Positions 31,565 to 34,484 of a stretch of DNA of 34,484 nucleotides are shown here, one piece after another (positions within the stretch are counted from its first letter, which is position 1; the number at the start of each line of letters is the position of its first letter). A program made the position numbers and the translations under genes. Under the pieces are notes generated by a model. It saw only the letters and a list, made by a program, of their open reading frames with translations, searched no databases and had not been told where the DNA came from. This DNA is from Acidobacteriota bacterium (GTDB lineage: Bacteria; Acidobacteriota; Vicinamibacteria; Vicinamibacterales; CAVVIG01): positions 1-34,484 of the forward strand of contig QHWK01000167.1 in the NCBI GenBank assembly GCA_003223775.1, read 5' to 3'.

Positions 31565-34484
31565 TCACCAGTTGAAGCGCATGAACAGCTCGATCAGGCG
31601 GCTAGTGTTCGTCCCCGCCAGCTGCGTCACCTCGTAGTTGCTCAGGACATTCGTCGCGTTCGCGGCGCTGATGCTCGTGTTGCCTCCTACCTGCCCTACC
31701 GGGATGAAGTTCGGCTGGTTGAACAGGTTCAGAACGTTCACGCCGACCTGAACGTTCGTCCGCGACGTCACCTTCGTGCGCTTCGAGAAGAGAAGATCCG
31801 TCTGCCCGAACATCGGGCCCGTCACCACGAGCGACTGCGACGCGCAGGCGCCGTAGCGCTGCGCGCTGTCAAGCTCGATGCAGTCCGGACCGTTGGCCGG
31901 TGCGAAGTAGCGGCCGCTTGGCGGCGCGCCGGCGTACCCCGTCGGCGACGTCGCGTTCACGTTGAACGCGTTGATCGTCTGATCGATCACTTCCTGCGGG
32001 AGCATGTAGACGTGATTCCCCACGGCATCGAACCGCAGCTGGAACATCCCCTGCAAGTCGTCCTTCGTCATGCCGACCATCCTGACGTTGCCCAGATCGA
32101 TCAGCTCGCCGCTCCGGATGATCGACGCGACGCCCACCTGCCAGCCGCTCAGGAGGTGGCTGACGAAGCCGTTGCTGTCGCCGCCGACGCGGTGGCCTTC
32201 ACCGATCGGCAGGTCGTAGACCACGTTCAGCTTGAACGTGCTGGTAATGTCGCTCCCGACGGCGCCGCCGGCGTCGCCCGTAGCCCGCAGCGCCGGCGAC
32301 GGCGCCCGGAGCGTCAACAGGTTGCGGTTGGTGTCCGCGACGGTCCCGTACTGGCGTCCGAGCGTGTAACTAGCTTGTGCTTGCAGGCCCCCGGCCAATC
32401 GTCGCCGCATCTCGACCTGCAGGGCGTTGTACCGTGATACGCCGACGCCGTCGGTGATGAACGCACCAGAGAGCGCATCCGGATTGACGATGAAGAAGTT
32501 CGCGGGCAGCCCGGCCGCCGCCGCATTGGCGCGGAACGTCGCATTGCCAATGAAGCCGTTCTGCCGCGTCGTCGCGCTGCAGCCGGCCCCACTGCCTACC
32601 GGGTTGGAGGTTCCGGCGCTCAGACATGCGAACGCGAACGGGTTCGGGTTCCGGATGGCCAGGAATCCGAGATTGGTCGAGTTGGTCCAGTTGCTGCCGG
32701 TGTACTTCGCGGGATCGCCCGCCGAGACGCTGTTCACGCCGTTGAAGTACGCCAGAAAGATGGGCAGCGGCGACGTTCCGGGGACGCCGGTAAAGGCAAA
32801 CGTGTTGCCCCTGCCGGCGGCGATGTTCGCCTGCAGGTTGGCCTGGGCCTTGCGGAACTCGTCGACGAACCCGTTGTTGAAGATGTCGAACTCGTTGTAG
32901 TTCTGGTTCAGCCAGATGTCGTGGCCCCACGTGCCGACGTACCGGACTTCGATGGCCGTGTTGCGATCGAGCGCGCGTTGCACGCCGACGCTGACCGAAT
33001 CGGCCGACGGCACCTGGATGTTCGCGGCGAACCCGTTGATCGAGCTGGTGAGCGACGGCGCCAGCGGGTACGACGGCGTCGCGTCGAAAGAGGGCGGCGC
33101 CAGCGCGCCGGGATCGCGGAACAGGAAGACGGTCGAGGGCGTACGCGTCAGCGACTGCGTCAGCCCGGTGTTGTTGCTGAACGGCGTCGTGAAGTCGCTC
33201 AACCCTGCGCGGCTGTAGTTCCGCGCGTATCCGGCGCGGAGGACGAAATCGCCCGCGCGTCCCATCAGCTTCCCGAGCCAGTCGTCGCGGTGCTCCGGCA
33301 CCCACACGACGCCGAGGGTCGGCGCGAAGTTGTTCGTGTCCGTGTTGTACGCAAGCGTGCCTGACGTGTATTGCGGCAGCTTCGTCGGCTGACCCGTCTG
33401 TACGCCGGGCTGGAACAGATTGCACGTGCCGTTCGCACTCACGCCCGAGATGCCGCACACTTCGGTCATCCCCGCGTGCGTATAGGCGTTGTTGGTGGGG
33501 TAGAACGGCGACTGCCGCCCGTAGCGCAGCCCGAGGTTCAGGGTGAGATTCGAGCGGGGCTGCCACTGGTCCTGAACGTACAGGTCGAACTCCCGCATCC
33601 GCGCGCGCTGCATGCTCGCACCGAGAAACGCGTATGTCCCCGAGTTCTCGCGGACGCCCCCGGGAAGTTTCCGGTCGTGAACATCGCCGTGGCCGGATCG
33701 CTCGGCGCCGTGCCGATGTTCGCCGTCGGGATCAGCGTCTGGTTCTTCAGCCAGACCGTGTACTGCGTCGCAGAGCCGCCGAACGCGAAGCTGTGCGTGC
33801 CCTTGAGCCACGTCACGGCGTCTTCGAACAGCAACGCCGTGGCGTTGCGAGACGAAGGCGTCGGGTTGTTGAACGCGTTGGTGGTGGCGTTCGCTCCGCC
33901 GGGCGACGTGAGCTGGCTGCCGACCGAGGGAAACGCGACATTGAACCCGTTCGTGTTGGCCGTGCTGCCGGACCACAGGCTGGGATCGAGCTCGGGAAAG
34001 AACTGAACCGGCGCGCCGCTATAGCCGACGCGCGCCTCGTTGACGAGCCTGGGCGAGAAGAGCGAGCGGACCCAGTTGCTGAAGCCGATGCGCTGCGAGT
34101 ACTGGCCTCCGGTGACCGGGAACCCGGGGAACGCCGGGTCGCGGTTGTTCAGCGTGTCGGGGAACGATGAATAACGTTGGTAGTTCAGCGCGCTGCTGAA
34201 CCGGTGCTGCTCGGTTAGGTTCATGTCGACGCGGAAGGTCGGGAAACGGTTGGTCGACTCAACGTGGTTGTTGAACGTCAGCCGATCGAGGTTCGCATCG
34301 ATCGTCGTCACCCCGCCGGCCTGCGTCGTCGAATTCTGAATGTCCCGGAGCAATCTGGCGATCGTCGGATCCGCGGTCGCCGTCTGGCCGTTCGCCGCCG
34401 CGAGCTGGAGCAGGTTGATGGTCCGTGTCGCACCGCCCGAGGTGTATTTGTAGAGCCCCTGCTGCGCCTGCGGGTTGAGCAGGA
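31565..34484 (-). pseudogene. TonB-dependent receptor (same acidobacterial type), 5' end outside the window; one frameshift in a C5/G5 run
   Basis: The upstream part lies in the frame of track ORF 33538..34353 and is open to the window edge: LLNPQAQQGLYKYTSGGATRTINLLQLAAANGQTATADPTIARLLRDIQNS...MFTTGNFPGA. The downstream part lies in the frame of ORF 31565..33976: ...RENSGTYAFLGASMQRARMREFDLYVQDQWQ... ending LIELFMRFNW*. The frames switch at about 33650..33662. Confidence 0.8.

Overview
High-G+C bacterial chromosomal segment, roughly two-thirds G+C by eye. Gene content suggests Acidobacteriota, but that is inference only. Almost all genes read from the minus strand.

The window is a glycan uptake and oxidation locus. 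It holds two very large TonB-dependent receptors with an N-terminal carboxypeptidase-regulatory-like domain (22353..25604 +; 31565..34484 -, 5' end outside the window). Several modules pair an exported sugar dehydrogenase with xylose-isomerase-like TIM-barrel proteins and a DUF1080 remnant. The dehydrogenases are a GMC flavoprotein with a TAT 'gamma' subunit, a PQQ beta-propeller, and two Gfo/Idh/MocA enzymes. There is also a Na+/solute symporter, a truncated nagA, an esterase-like alpha/beta hydrolase, an S58 peptidase and a creatininase-fold hydrolase. Seven proteins carry twin-arginine leaders.

Two paralogous secreted giants (7105..10250 and 16320..19988) share a beta-helix core with an embedded Fn3-like insert but carry different C-terminal Ig-like and CBM-like modules. 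Each is followed directly by a 5'-truncated resident gene.

The second theme is decay. At least eight loci carry frameshifts, internal deletions or truncations, and short gene relics sit in 'intergenic' DNA. Mobile DNA is all degenerate: an ISL3 remnant (about 20090..21051), a tyrosine-recombinase remnant (about 29385..29980), and a head-to-tail array of three 5' ends of one rve-type IS (29981..31543).

I recognised no rRNA, tRNA or CRISPR array. All homology calls come from reading the translations, not from database searches.
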